Source of the DNA: Octopus vulgaris
Taxonomy: Eukaryota
Assembly (NCBI GenBank): GCA_951406725.2
Contig: OX597820.1
Coordinates: 34,100,001 to 34,164,000, forward strand
DNA length: 64,000 nucleotides
Reading direction: 5' to 3'
The translations under genes and the position numbers were made by a program. Shown here one piece after another: positions 1-12,989 of the stretch (its first letter is position 1; each line of letters starts with the position of its first letter). Below the pieces are notes generated by a model. The model did no database searches. It was not told the DNA's origin and saw only the letters and a list, made by a program, of their open reading frames with translations.

Positions 1-558
1 AAATTTAGAAATTGTTAATTTACAAATCAGGACTTATAGATTGCACATAAACTGCAAAAATTTGATATCAGACTAAGGCAGTTATTTACGATAATCATAT
101 AATATAAATATTTGTGTCACAAAATCATCAGTGTCCTTCAGAAAGACATGCTAGATATATCGTAGTTAATTGAGGTCAACTACTTATGCATTAGTCAAAT
201 ACTAGTGTCCATTGATTGTCTTGGTCAAGTGCCAATGTTAGAAATAGCTGTTGTAAGGGTGATGTGTGGCGTGGCAATGAATTTGTACATCAGTAGCAGT
301 AGCTAGGACTGCGCAGAGCTCCAGTATCTGCTTGGCATGATTTCTCTATCTGGATGTCATTCCTAACACCAACCACTTTACAGAGTGTACTGGGCACTTT
401 TAATGTGACAGCAGAACCTAGTGAGGTCATCAAATAACTCTCATGACAAGGGAAAAGACTCCTCCACTGAGTGAGGTTGAGAGACTAAAGTATGATAGAG
501 CGATATCTAAAGACATGGGCACACTGGCAGTTGCTTAGGGGCTCTCATGGGTCTAGGA

Positions 559-720
559 CAGTGGTTCTCAACTGGAGTCCACATGGCCCTTAGGGGTCCA
601 CATAAGATTTTTGTTAACATTTCTGAGCAATAAATAGCTTATATTTTAACAATTTTAAAATACAATTCCTAATAATATTTAATAATAAAAATATAATAGA
701 AATTTTGTAAATATTGAATG
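559..720. mobile_element. Truncated hAT (Charlie-like) MITE, left end only
   Basis: Starts CAGTGGTTCTCAAC after GTCTAGGA, an nTCTAGnn-type target. Same terminus as the complete copy at 27333. No right TIR seen. Confidence 0.55.
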
Positions 721-1518
721 GCTGGGCACACACTGGCTGCTTTTACATAGAAACCATGCCAAATCAAACTGGAGCCTGATGCGGCTTCTCAGCTTCCCAG
801 CTCTGGTCAAACTATCCAACCCATGCCAGCATGGAAAACAGACATTAAATGATGACAATACATGTATGCATGCATTCTTGTGTGTATGTGTGTATTAGAA
901 ATATTCATTGCAAGTACTACTAAAGGAGATAAAATATTCAAATGTTTTATTGTGCTGAGTGCAAATGAACATACCACACATAACGAACACACACACCAGT
1001 CCGACATCATGCCTGTCACCAAACCTCACTTGGTTTTTCAAATAGGTTATTTTTATTCCGGAGGAATTTGAAAGTGTAGAGGTAGTAGGTGATTTGTTGA
1101 CAGGAAATGTCAACAAATGCCACCAGTTGCAACCCAACCACAAACAGTGATGTTGCCCTTCATAGACAAAGCACAGCATAGCTTTCTAAACATTGACACA
1201 GACACACATGTACACACACATGCACACACACACACACACACAGACACATTCATACACATACACGATGGGCCATTTTCAGTTTCTGTCTAACAAGTTCCCA
1301 CAAAAGCATTTCTTGGCCTGAAACTATAGTAAAAGTCACTTGCTCAAGATGCCGTGCAGTGGGACTGAACCTGAAACCATGTGGTTGAGAAGTGAGCTGC
1401 CTAATCACACAGCCAAACCTGTGCCCCCCCCCCCCCCACACACACACTCAGATACATATATTTATTTATTATACATACATACGTACATACTTACATACAC
1501 ACATACATACATAGACCT

Positions 1519-1705
1519 CGTGTGTACCGTTGGCAATTTTTTTTCCTCTGTCTTCCCTTCTCTGGATCTTTCCTTCTCCTATGTTTCCGACGAAGAGCTC
1601 CACTTGAAAAGTTAAACCCTCCTTCTTTCCTGAGTGTCCAATAATACTATATTTGTTCCATGTCCTCGCGTTGTGTTTTTTTGTGCTTTCTTGTTTGGAT
1701 TAACT
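1519..1705 (+). mobile_element. Short Penelope-LTR-like element with a decayed hammerhead-like motif, ending in (TA)n
   Basis: 1583-1617 reads GTTT CCGACGA A GAGC TCC ACTT GAAA A GTT AAAC. The downstream TTCCTGAG..TAATAC block has the same layout as the family at 15190/19063/28919/39594/40153. Confidence 0.5.
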
Positions 1706-1783
1706 ATATATATATATATATATATATGTTTATATATACACATTATTCATGATGATGTTGATAATATATATATATAAATATAC

Positions 1784-2130
1784 AACCACATGGTCCTGAG
1801 TTCAGTCCCACTGCATAGCACCTTGGGCAAGTGTCTTCTACTATAGCCTCGGGCTGACCAAAACCTTGTGAGTGGATTTGGTAGATAGAAACTGAAAGAA
1901 GCCCATCATATATATATATGTGTGTGTTTGTGTGTGCGTGTGTGTATCCCACCCACCATCGCTTGACAACCGATGCCAATGTGTTTATGTCTCTGTAACT
2001 TAGTGGTTTGGCAAAAGAGACCGATAGAATAAGTACTAGGCTTACAAAGTATAAGCCCTGGATTGTTTTGTTCAACTCAAGGCAGTGCTTGAGCATGGCT
2101 GCAGTCAAGTGACTGCAGCAAATAAAAGAA
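1784..2130 (+). mobile_element. SINE family A, 5'-truncated
   Basis: B-box-like GAGTTCAGTCCC, CORE-like CACCTTGGGCAAGTGTCTT, internal (TA)n(TG)n, and tail GCATGGCTGCAGTCAAGTGACTG. Confidence 0.85.
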
Positions 2131-2498
2131 TATATGTGTGTGCATACGTACTTGTATGTATATACATATGAATGTGTTTGTGTGTGTATGTGTGAATCAA
2201 TTTGTTGAGTTACATCTATTTATGTTAAGAAAAAAAAAAAGGTCAACTTAGCAAGATGATAGAGGCAGATAAAGTAAGTAACACACTGACATATATTAAA
2301 ATCAATATGACTGACTAAAAATCATTGCAAATACCACCACACAGCATGACCATAAGCCAATGATTGAAACTGAGACCTGAGCAGAATGGTATAAGGAAAT
2401 ATTTATACATTGGTGCAATACAGATAACACCTACACACAAATATATAAATATATATATAGGCGCACACCTACACACAAATATATAAATATATATATAT

Positions 2499-2917
2499 AG
2501 GCGCAGGAGTGGCTGTGTGGTAAGTAGCATGTTTACCAACCACATGGTTCCGGGTTCAGTCCCACTGCGTGGCACCTTGGGCAAGTGTCTTCTGCTATAG
2601 CTTCGGGCTGACCAAAGCCTTGTGAGTGGATTTGGTAGACAGAAACTGAAAAGAAGCCTGTCGTATATATGTATATATATATATATGTGTGTGTGTGTGT
2701 TTGTGTGTCTGTGTTTGTCCCCCTAGCATTGCTTGACAACCGATGCTGGTGTGTTTATGTCCCCGTTACTTAGCGGTTCGGCAAAAGAGACCGATAGAAT
2801 AAGTACTGGGCTTACAAAAGAATAAGTCCTGGGGTCAAGTTGCTCGATTAAAGGTGGTGCTCCAGCATGGCCGCAGTCAAATGACTGAAACGAGTAAAAG
2901 AGTAAAAGAGAAAAGAG
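2499..2917 (+). mobile_element. SINE family A, full length
   Basis: tRNA-like head GGCGCAGGAGTGGCTGTGTGGTAAG...GGTTCAGTCCC, CORE-like block, internal microsatellite, and a 3' stem-loop CAGTCAAATGACTG followed by (AGTAAAAG)n. More than 10 copies occur in the window. Confidence 0.92.
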
Positions 2918-2940
2918 TATATATATACATATATATGTAT

Positions 2941-3338
2941 GTAGGAGTGGCTGTGTGGTAAGTAGCTTGCTTATGAACCACATGGTTCCAGGTTCAGTCC
3001 CACTGCGTGGCACCTTGGGCAAGTGTCTTCTAATATAGCCTTGGGCCAACCAAAGCCTTGTGAGTGGATTTGGTAGACGGAAACTGAAAGAAGCCTGTCG
3101 TATATATGTGTATATATATGTATATGTATGTGTGTGTATATATTTGTGTGTCTGTGTTTTTCCCCCAACATCGCTTGACAACCGATGCTGGTGTGTACCT
3201 GTAACTTAGTGGTTCGGCAAAAGAGACCAATAGAATAAGTACTAGGCTTACAAAGAATAAGCCCTGGGGTCGATTTGCTCGACTGAAGGCGGTGCTCCAG
3301 CATGGCCACAGTCAAATGACTGAAACAAGTAAAAGAGA
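2941..3338 (+). mobile_element. SINE family A, full length, in tandem with the previous copy
   Basis: Near-identical to 2499-2917. Confidence 0.92.
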
Positions 3339-3339
3339 G

Positions 3340-3374
<35 letters not shown>

Positions 3375-4222
3375 AAAAATAAGCTACAAGGACCAATGTG
3401 TAGGAAGTTAGTAAGGTTTGAGCAGCCTGTAGAAGATATAGAAGACAACTTTCAGAAACAACATTGGTTTATTGATGTAGAAGGTTGTAAATCTATATAC
3501 ATAAGCACACATACGTAAATACATATACAACCAAATTCATACACTGATATGAAGTTACACACACACACACACAGAAATATGACGGATAGGTCACTCATCC
3601 ATACATATACACATATGAAAACAGGCTGTTCATGTAAACACACATATGTACATAATGCTATAAAAATTATGTATCACATATACACACATGCACACTCAAA
3701 CTTACATATTAATTTAAGAAACATAATGACATAAATATTATACGTATACATACATGTACAAGCATACATACATTGACACACACAGACACACACATATAAA
3801 GAACATCAGCGATATGAAGTTACGAGTACATATATATGTTCACATATACACATACAAATGAATGTATATATGATAAACACTATAATAAAAATTTTTAAAT
3901 GGGTGGTATAAAAAATTACACACATCTATGCACAACACACACACACACACAAATACTAACTACCCCAATCACCACCACCACCACCACCACCACCACCACG
4001 ACTATCATAATCACCACCACCATAAAATACAATATAAGGCAGATGCTTGCACTGTTACTAAAAGCTAACAAGAAGTTTCAAACCATGGCCTACATTTCGG
4101 CAACGCACACATGCTCTTGCCTGTTCTCACACATGCACATGCGCGTGCGCAAATATACAGATGTGCATGCCTGCACGCACTCCATTAACTATCCTTTCAC
4201 ATACACCCTTATACATTTTTGC

Positions 4223-4261
<39 letters not shown>

Positions 4262-4289
4262 GAGCCCCAATTACATACACACAACCACA

Positions 4290-4323
<34 letters not shown>

Positions 4324-4359
4324 TACACACACACAGAACCCCAATCACATACATGTATG

Positions 4360-4414
<55 letters not shown>

Positions 4415-5719
4415 GCACACCCATATATATATATGCATACACACTTGAATAAATACACAACACATGCAAATGCACATTTACATACAACCCATATCTTAAC
4501 ATACGACATACACATATAAACACACATATACAAGCACACACGCTCATACATACAGACACACACACACTCTCTCTCTCTCTCTCTCTGTATTCCACCACGT
4601 GGCCGAAAGGTCCACAAGAACAAAAGAATGGAAGGTGAGAAAGAGAAACAGAGAATGAAAGAAAGAGAGAGAGAGAGAGAACAACAGAGAGCGACAGAGT
4701 GTGAATGAAAGAAAATGACGAAAAAGAGTGGGAGAGAAAAGCAAGGAGAATGAGAGAGAGAGAATGAATAAGAGATAGAATGTAGGAGAGTTTGGTGTTA
4801 TAAAGATAGAAAAAGAAGGGGTGTGTGAGTGGTAGGGAGTAAAAAGGGATAGAAAGGAAGCAGCAGAGAGAGAGGGGGAGGAAAGAGACAATAGATAGAA
4901 ACACAAAGAGTGAGGGAGAAAAGAGGAGATGGAGATATACAAAGTGCAGGATAGTGAGAGATAGAGACAGGGTGATAGTGAGAGACAGAGAGAGGGAGAA
5001 AGAGAACAGAAGCACAGAGAAAAAAAGCAAGGAAGGACAATGAAGACCATGGAAAGGGACAGGAACAGCAGACAGAGTTGTCTCTCTTGTCCTCCTTGTA
5101 AGCAATTTTCACAAACACTAATGACTTTTCTTCAAGTTACAGTTATAATATCAATAGGAAAAAAAGTGGCTTTGGCTCACCACACAATAAGTATGGTAGC
5201 CTGCACTTAACTATATGATATTCCTGCAGAGGTCACCTCTCCATACTAATATATGTACTCTTACAGATTCACACACAGCTATACACACACACATACACCG
5301 ATATACATGCAGATTCATATGCAGACATAGACACACAGAGTTATACACAAATAAATACAGACACATACAGACACATTCAGACACACACACACGGGCATTC
5401 ACATACAGAGATCAGGGGCAGGGTACTAGAAAAATAAAATTTTCCAGCTGACATATGACAAGAATATGTATCATAAATAAGTGCATGTGTTTATATTTAT
5501 TATGTGTGTGTGTGCACATGTGTAATTGTTTCTGATCTAGAGCATGAGACCGACAATTTTGAAGGAGAGGGGATTAGTAGAGCATCAACCCCACTACTAG
5601 ACTACCACTATAACCCTAGTAGAATCTGAACTCAGGGCATAAAAAGCTAGAATATGTGTGCAAGGATTAAAGTGATCAAAATTTAATGCTAATTTATGTC
5701 CCAAACATAAATTTTATAA

Positions 5720-6527
5720 TGTTTTCAAATTTTGGCACAAGGCCAGCAATTTCAAAGGAGTAGGGTAACTCAATTATATTGACTCCAGATACTATCAACT
5801 GATACAATCAATAGTATCAACTGATACTATTAGGTTGTCCAGAAAATCCATGCCGATTTATAGTAGCTTACCTTTCGACTTATTTTAGAACATGGTTGAG
5901 TCCATAAAATAGGATTTGACTACACCTCCATTTAGAGCACATTTTAAGCTATCTTTTTGTGAAAGAAGGTTTATGTTCCTATAACCTGTGTTAATTTTTG
6001 TAACCCTTTAAAATGGAAGATAAGAAAATTCATTTTCGGCACTTGATGCTTTGGGAACTAGACAAAAATTGCTGCAGCTTGGCTGGGATGTGTTACCCCA
6101 CCCTCCATATTCATCAGATATTGCTCCTTCGGATTTCCACTTATTCAGGTCTCTGCAGAATAGTCTTAATGGTAAAAATTTCAATTCCTTGGATGATGTA
6201 AAAAGATACCTAGATGAATTCTTTGCCATGAAACCAGCTCAATTCTGGGAAGAGGGTATTTTCAAGTTAAAGGAAAGATGGAGATGCATTGTGGAACAAA
6301 ATGGTTCATATTTGGTTGATTAAAAATGTAATGGCAAGTATTTATTGACCTTTTCCTTTCCTTTAAAAATCGGCTTGAACTTTCCAGACAACCCAATATT
6401 TTATCAATCCTGAAAGGGTGAGAGGCAAAGTTGACCTCAGCAGAATTTGAACTTAGAATGCAAAGACAGACAAAATACTGTTAAGCATTTTGCCCAGCGT
6501 GCTAATGATTCTGCCAACTCACCGTCT
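5720..6527 (-). mobile_element. SINE family B copy interrupted by a mariner element
   Basis: Tail GGCACAAGGCCAGCAATTTC at about 5735. Core and head (GAAAGGGTGAGAGGCAAAGTTGACCTC...GAATTTGAAC...GCTAATGATTCTGCCAACTCACCG) resume after 6398. Confidence 0.75.
5830..6396 (+). mobile_element. Internally deleted mariner transposon (mellifera-subfamily-like)
   Basis: TA on both flanks. ~30-bp TIRs TTAGGTTGTCCAGAAAATCCATGCCGATTT / AAATCGGCTTGAACTTTCCAGACAACCCAA with 6 mismatches. N-terminus MEDKKIHFRHLMLWE (6013) is joined out of frame to C-terminus TRQKLLQLGWDVLPHPPYSSDIAPSDFHLFRSLQNSL...RWRCIVEQNGSYLVD. Confidence 0.93.
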
Positions 6528-7813
6528 TACACCAGATTAATAATGACAAAGATATTTTACTAAATTCTTCGTTATTTTAATGATTTATTGAAACAAAAAC
6601 AGTGTATTTGAACAGAAATATGATAAGAAAAGGATGTGACAGGAAGTTTGTATCATAAAACCAAGGGTGGTTTCAGGTGGGCTGGTGTATGAAAAGGACT
6701 AAAACAGAGTGGACACCACTTAAAGTACCCAGTTGCAAGAGGCTCAAATGGTTCCTCTGACAGAATTCCACATTTTCCATTTACCAAATTTCATTTGCAA
6801 ACCTTTTATCTACACAAAACCTTGGTAGAATAAATCCACCTAAAACTATGGTAGACAACATCAACCCAAGGTAAAGCGATATGGGATTGAACCAGAAAAA
6901 AAAAAACCAGTTGTGAAGCAAACTTCTTAGCCACACAACCACAACTAATAAACTTTTAGTAAACAGTCCAATAAACTCATCCACTTGGCCTCTCTAGTCA
7001 TGACCATCAACACCATAAATGTGTTGCTTCCAAATTAGAATAATTTATGACATCCAGTTTGTATGTCAAGTTTTCCTTAAACACATAAAATGGTCAACTG
7101 GATAAGTTATACTCTCTCTCTCTCTCTCTCTCTCTCAATATATATACATATATACATACATATATAGCCCATGCATTGTCAATTGGCATAGCTATTAGAG
7201 TGATGGGTAGGAATACTTTGAAGTAATTCTACTCAGCTCTCCATGCGCTGAGTTTAAATCTCAACATGGCCGACTTTACTTTCAGCTTTTTGGTTGATTC
7301 TTCTCTTTTTCTTTCTTTCTCTCCCCAAGAAATCGAATGTGGTCAGATCTAGAGAGATATATGAGCACTGTCAGGCCTAAAAAATGGAAGGTATGGACTC
7401 TTACAGGTCTAAAACACCCAGAAATGTCACAATAGTGCCTATATAACCCCAACATATTAAGGGCTCATGGCATGGCAATGTATAACATTATCAACATTTT
7501 ATTGTCCACTTTTCCATGTTTACATGGGTCAGACAGAATTTGCTGAGATGGATTTTCTACGGTTGAATGTCCTTCCTGTTGCCAACCTTCACCTGTTTCC
7601 AAATAATGTAACATTTCCCCATGACCAGACATGTTTTCATGGAAGATTGCACAATGGTGATACACACTTGCAATATCACATGTCAAGACAAGGAGACACT
7701 AACACAGACAAACATATGTATTATGTTGTCTTTTCCCTTTTTGATCTTGAATAAATTTTTGCTGACCAACTATTTGTAGCAAAGTTGTGAAGGAAAGCAT
7801 CTTGTTTTGTTCA

Positions 7814-8217
7814 TCATCCCTTAATTCGTAAGAAGGTCTTGCAGATTTTTGAAGTCCTTGATATCATGATCACTTGTAGTATATGAATTAAGGATTTGCA
7901 TTCTCTCCCCAAGAACCCAAGTTCAGCCATACTTTGCTCCAGATGGGTCGGTATGTATCCTGTTGCTCCATTAATAATAGGTATAAAGCTGAAAGTGTAT
8001 ATTAGGTACTGGATTTGCAAACTGCTAATCAGTGATCCATAGATGTCCTCTTTCTCTTGTATTTTTCTAATAACATTGGTGTCCAGAGGGAACTTATTTC
8101 CATAACAGAACATATATTTTCTTCGTGGTTCCACACAACAACATCTGGCCAATTGTGTTTTATCTTGATGGCTGTTTTAATTTTTAAGTTCCACCAATAT
8201 TCTTTTGACACATGCAC
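7814..8217 (-). mobile_element. R4/Dong-like non-LTR retrotransposon, restriction-like endonuclease fragment (frameshifted)
   Basis: WWNLKIKTAIKIKHNWPDVVVW...C...EIS / PLDTNVIRKIQEKEDIYGSL...FIPIINGATG...KICKTFL matches the RLE pattern HNRPD..E...K..KY...PIIVGALG. Confidence 0.8.
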
Positions 8218-9407
8218 GTATGTATCAAAGCCTTTTAGAAGGATTTGGTTGGACCAAGGCTATAGTAGAAGACACTTGTCCCAGATGCTATACAATGGGA
8301 CTGAACCTGAATCTATGCAATTGAGAAGCAAACTCCTTACCATACAGCCATGCCTGTACCTTACACACACACAAACATTATATGTATAGACACACACCCA
8401 TACACAGACATACACCACATATGTGCATACATATTTTATGACTTACATTGTAGCATGATATGCAGTACACTTGACCTTTGCATGGCCTCAGAAACTGAGA
8501 CTGGATGTGTATATGAAGGTGGGGGCTGTGTGTGTGTGTGGGGGGGGGTGTTGTGTGTTTGTGCACGTATGCATGTGTGTTTGCAAGATAAGAGTGAGAG
8601 CGGAGGAAGAATGAATCTATGACTCATGAGTTATTGTGGCATGAAGTGGTGGGTCAAAATACTGAGTTGTCCTCAAACATGAAGACTCTCAGATGTTTTC
8701 AACGCAGTGGATTCTAGTAAATGCACACCAAATCGAGTAGGGGCATCAAAACACACAACAGATTGAGTCTATCACTCAAAGACATCAAGTACAATTCAGC
8801 CAAGCATTGGTTTTCCTCACAGTTTCCACCTAATTTTGTTCATAATGCTCTGATTCTGGTTGGCCTGAGATAATGATAGACAAAAGATATCTATGATGCT
8901 CTGTAATGGAATTGTAAACCAGAACCACAAGATAGTGGGGTAAACTTATAAAATCCTAAAGCCACATCTACAATCTTAGTTCAAACAGAGCTGATCTGCA
9001 ACTGAACAACAATAACTTCTAGGGTTTTTTTTAGGATCATCATCATAATCATCATTGTTTTAATGTCCAAATTTCTATACTAGCTTGAGTCAGAGGAAAT
9101 CTGTGGTTTGATGCTTTTGCAGTCACTAACCTTCACTTGTATCCAAGCAAGGCAAATTTTTTTATAAAACTTTGAACATGAACAGCACAATGGCAAAAAA
9201 TGTTTTTATAGAAGATTGCAAATGACTAAAATGTTTATATATGATTAGTACATCACACACACACACATGAGTGTGTGTTTGTATGTGTGTGTATGTTATG
9301 TATGTGCGTGCATATTGTACATGTGCGTATGTGTATACACACGCACTAACTATTCTACTCTACCTGTGTAAACTGTGGGTATGGGAGTATGATATCTACT
9401 ATGTATA

Positions 9408-9658
9408 TTTCCTATTTAGTATAGGGGAAGTTTCATTTATGAGGACCTACTCCTGTATTTGTCTGAGTGTTGGGTCCTTTGGGATGTGGATGTCAAGTTG
9501 ACCCAGGTTACCTCCATGTTGGTCCTTTGCATGTTGGTAGAGTATGGAGGACTGTTTTTTGCCATCATATTGTCTCAAATGTTTAGTCATTCCACAATGC
9601 TCCTAGATGTCTCCCCTATGTATGTCATGTTCATGTCTTTACAAGCACCTTCTATGCA
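9408..9658 (-). mobile_element. Decayed GIY-YIG endonuclease fragment, Penelope-like element type
   Basis: Manual translation with one frameshift and two stops: CIEGACKDMNMTYIGETSRSIVE*L..KHLRQYDGKKQSSILYQHAKDQHGG...KDPTLRQIQE*VLINETSPILNRK. Confidence 0.8.
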
Positions 9659-9661
9659 TCT

Positions 9662-10012
9662 GTTGGTTGCAGATCCCCCAAAATGTTCGTCAATACTGAT
9701 AATTTTTTGGCCATCTTCAAAACGTCTGAACCGCTTATACACTTGTGCAGGGCTCATACACTTTCTGCAACTTTGTGTAGGCCTCTGAGCAGGTATTGCT
9801 ATGGTAACTTTCTGTCATAGTCAATGGGATGATCACATGCTACATACCTTCCTTCCAAGCACTGCTGCAAACAGTGGAAGTGAGCCAGAATGTTAAAACT
9901 TAGTGTGCATGTGCAGCAGAGTTCAAGGTTAAGTTTTGCAAAGCAGATTCATCCTGCATGCTTTACCTTCGTTACAATGACAGCAGTCCGGATACTTATT
10001 GATCAGACCATG
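9662..10012 (-). mobile_element. Mariner 5' portion (TIR, 5' UTR and HTH relic), same family as 48259
   Basis: TA|CATGGTCTGATCAATAAGTATCCGGACTG terminus. The UTR and AQVYKRFRRFEDG HTH relic align with 48259-48700. Confidence 0.8.
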
Positions 10013-10312
10013 TACACATATAACTATTTATCTAGTGCATCTAAATACCGACCTACCTACTTACCTACCAATATCCATTAATCTGTAGCCCTCAATCTGT
10101 CTGGTTGTCTGTCTACATATCTACTTATCTCTCACTGATTCCGTTAGTGCAAGTGTGTGTGTGTGTGTGTGTGTGTTATATTTTTGTTACTTTTCATTTG
10201 TCTTGGTTGCTTACGTTTCTGGTGTTTGCTAAATTTTCTAGAGAACATTTCTTAGTGGTAAGACCATAGCAGATCTACTTCTAGCATTAGAGTGTCCACA
10301 TGGTGGTCATCC

Positions 10313-10358
<46 letters not shown>

Positions 10359-10964
10359 GAAAAAGAGAGAAATATATCTACATTCACAGGCACATGTACA
10401 TACCCAGACAAGTAAATACATATGTAGATACGTATTTAGCTATAACCTTTGAACTACTTACCTATCTGTCTGTCTATCCATCAATCTGTCAGCCTATCCC
10501 TCAGTCTGTGTCTGTTTACAAACTATTTTTCCTGAAATTTTTAACGTTATTATGTGCAACCTCAATATTTTTAGTTTATGCATTTTCTTTTTCAGTTTCA
10601 TTCTGTTTTTATACTCTGGCATGTAATGGCTGGCTGTCTATAGGCCAAGAATATTATTATTATTTCTTTTAATTGTCTCTGTAATTTAATATGTTAGCAT
10701 TTATCTACAACTTGCCAACCATTCTCACTTACAAATTGCTTTACTTTGTTTTCAAGCAATATACAAAACCTAAATTATACAAACTGCTTTTATATGTTTT
10801 TGATCCTCTCATCCAACTATTGTGAAATACTACCAATGCACACACAGCCTGTCTATTTAATATATATTCATTTGTTTATTTACTACACGTTTTTTTAATT
10901 ATTATATGTATAGGTAGGTCATGTTTTCCGTTTGTTGCATTTTTATTTAATCCAGAAGATATCT

Positions 10965-11458
<494 letters not shown>

Positions 11459-12383
11459 CATGGCACTTTGGGCAGGTGTCTTCCGCTATAGCCCTGAGTC
11501 GACCGAAGCTTTGTGATTGAATTCGGTAGGCGGAAGTTACTGCCGTGTATGTATGTGTGCATGTGCTCAGTGCCTCTCCGAAAGAGAGAGAGAGGGATAT
11601 ATATGACTCTTTCTTTTATATGACTTATAACTCTTTCTTCTTGCTGTTGTTCTGTCTAGCCAATATCCTTACCAATAATCCTCATAAAGCTGTTTATCAC
11701 TCTCTCACTGACTTTCACTTCTTCAATTTCTCTGTTTCTTTCTCTCTTACGTTTATCACCCTCTTGCTCCTTCTAACCCATTCTTTCTTTATTCTCTTTC
11801 ACTCTTCTAAATTTCTCCCTTGCCCTCTTCCCACCCACTTGTGTAGGGAAAAAAGGAATGAACGCAGAGATAACGCTGGGTAGACGGAACTCTCTTTAGT
11901 TTTGCTAAGGACAACAGCATCAACATCTTCCATACAACTACAATTACTATAAAGCCATCAGCACCTTCATCATCATTGTCCATAACAAGCAGAACAAAAA
12001 CAAAAAGAAATACGCAAATAACATCAACAGCAGCAGCATCAACAACAACAATGGTAGCAGAAGCAACAGCAAAAACAACAAAATTAATTAGTGCTTTATT
12101 AGCCCAGCTGATAGCATACAACAATATATATCATATTGATTGCATCAGAAATAGTCATCATAATCATCATCACACTCATAATAATCAACATCATCAAAGA
12201 CATAAGTCATCGTCGTCGTTGCCAAGTCTGCCACTGCAGCTACGACCATGATCATCACAAATATATAGAAATAGATCAAAAACAAATACACAAGCCTTAA
12301 TATAAATAGTTTTGTCTCACAACTACCACCACCAAGAGCATATGCACCACTATCGCTACCACTGCCGCTACAATAAGCACCAA

Positions 12384-12385
<2 letters not shown>

Positions 12386-12468
<83 letters not shown>

Positions 12469-12530
12469 ACTACTACTACTACTACTACTACTACTATCAC
12501 CACTACCACTACTACTACTGCTACTACTAC
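12386..12530. repeat. (TAC)n(TGC)n(TAC)n trinucleotide repeat
   Basis: Directly visible; source of the poly-S/Y/C/V ORF artefacts. Confidence 0.95.
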
Positions 12531-12741
12531 GTACATAATGCATAAAATGCAATGCAATCAAAGTGTTTTGATATGAGATGGTGGTGGTGGTAGTGATGGT
12601 TGGAGGAGTCACAAATGGACAATTAATTAATAGGTTTTTGATTAGCAATTAGGCTGTAATTAAAGACATACATACACACAAGGCATTACATAGAGACAGA
12701 CACATACAGGTATGTGTGTGTGTGCTCACTATGTATGTATG

Positions 12742-12818
<77 letters not shown>

Positions 12819-12860
12819 TGTATATATGTAAATATGCATGTGTGTGTGTTTGTGTGTGTG

Positions 12861-12989
<129 letters not shown>

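Noticed and set aside
2315-3448. Recurrent 'protein family' ORFs (EDTCPRCHAVGLNPEPCG, MPKVPRSGTEPGTMW)
   Set aside because: Antisense translations of SINE A copies.
3899-5118. Long ORFs (206-298 aa), and similar ones at 10.9-11.6, 27.9-28.8 and 35.4-35.9 kb
   Set aside because: Translations of (TA)n/(CA)n/(GA)n/(TAGA)n tracts, which lack stop codons in several frames.
5090-5240. H/ACA snoRNA reading of the paired islands
   Set aside because: An ACA is shared on the minus strand, but the H boxes do not align and I could not build two hairpins.
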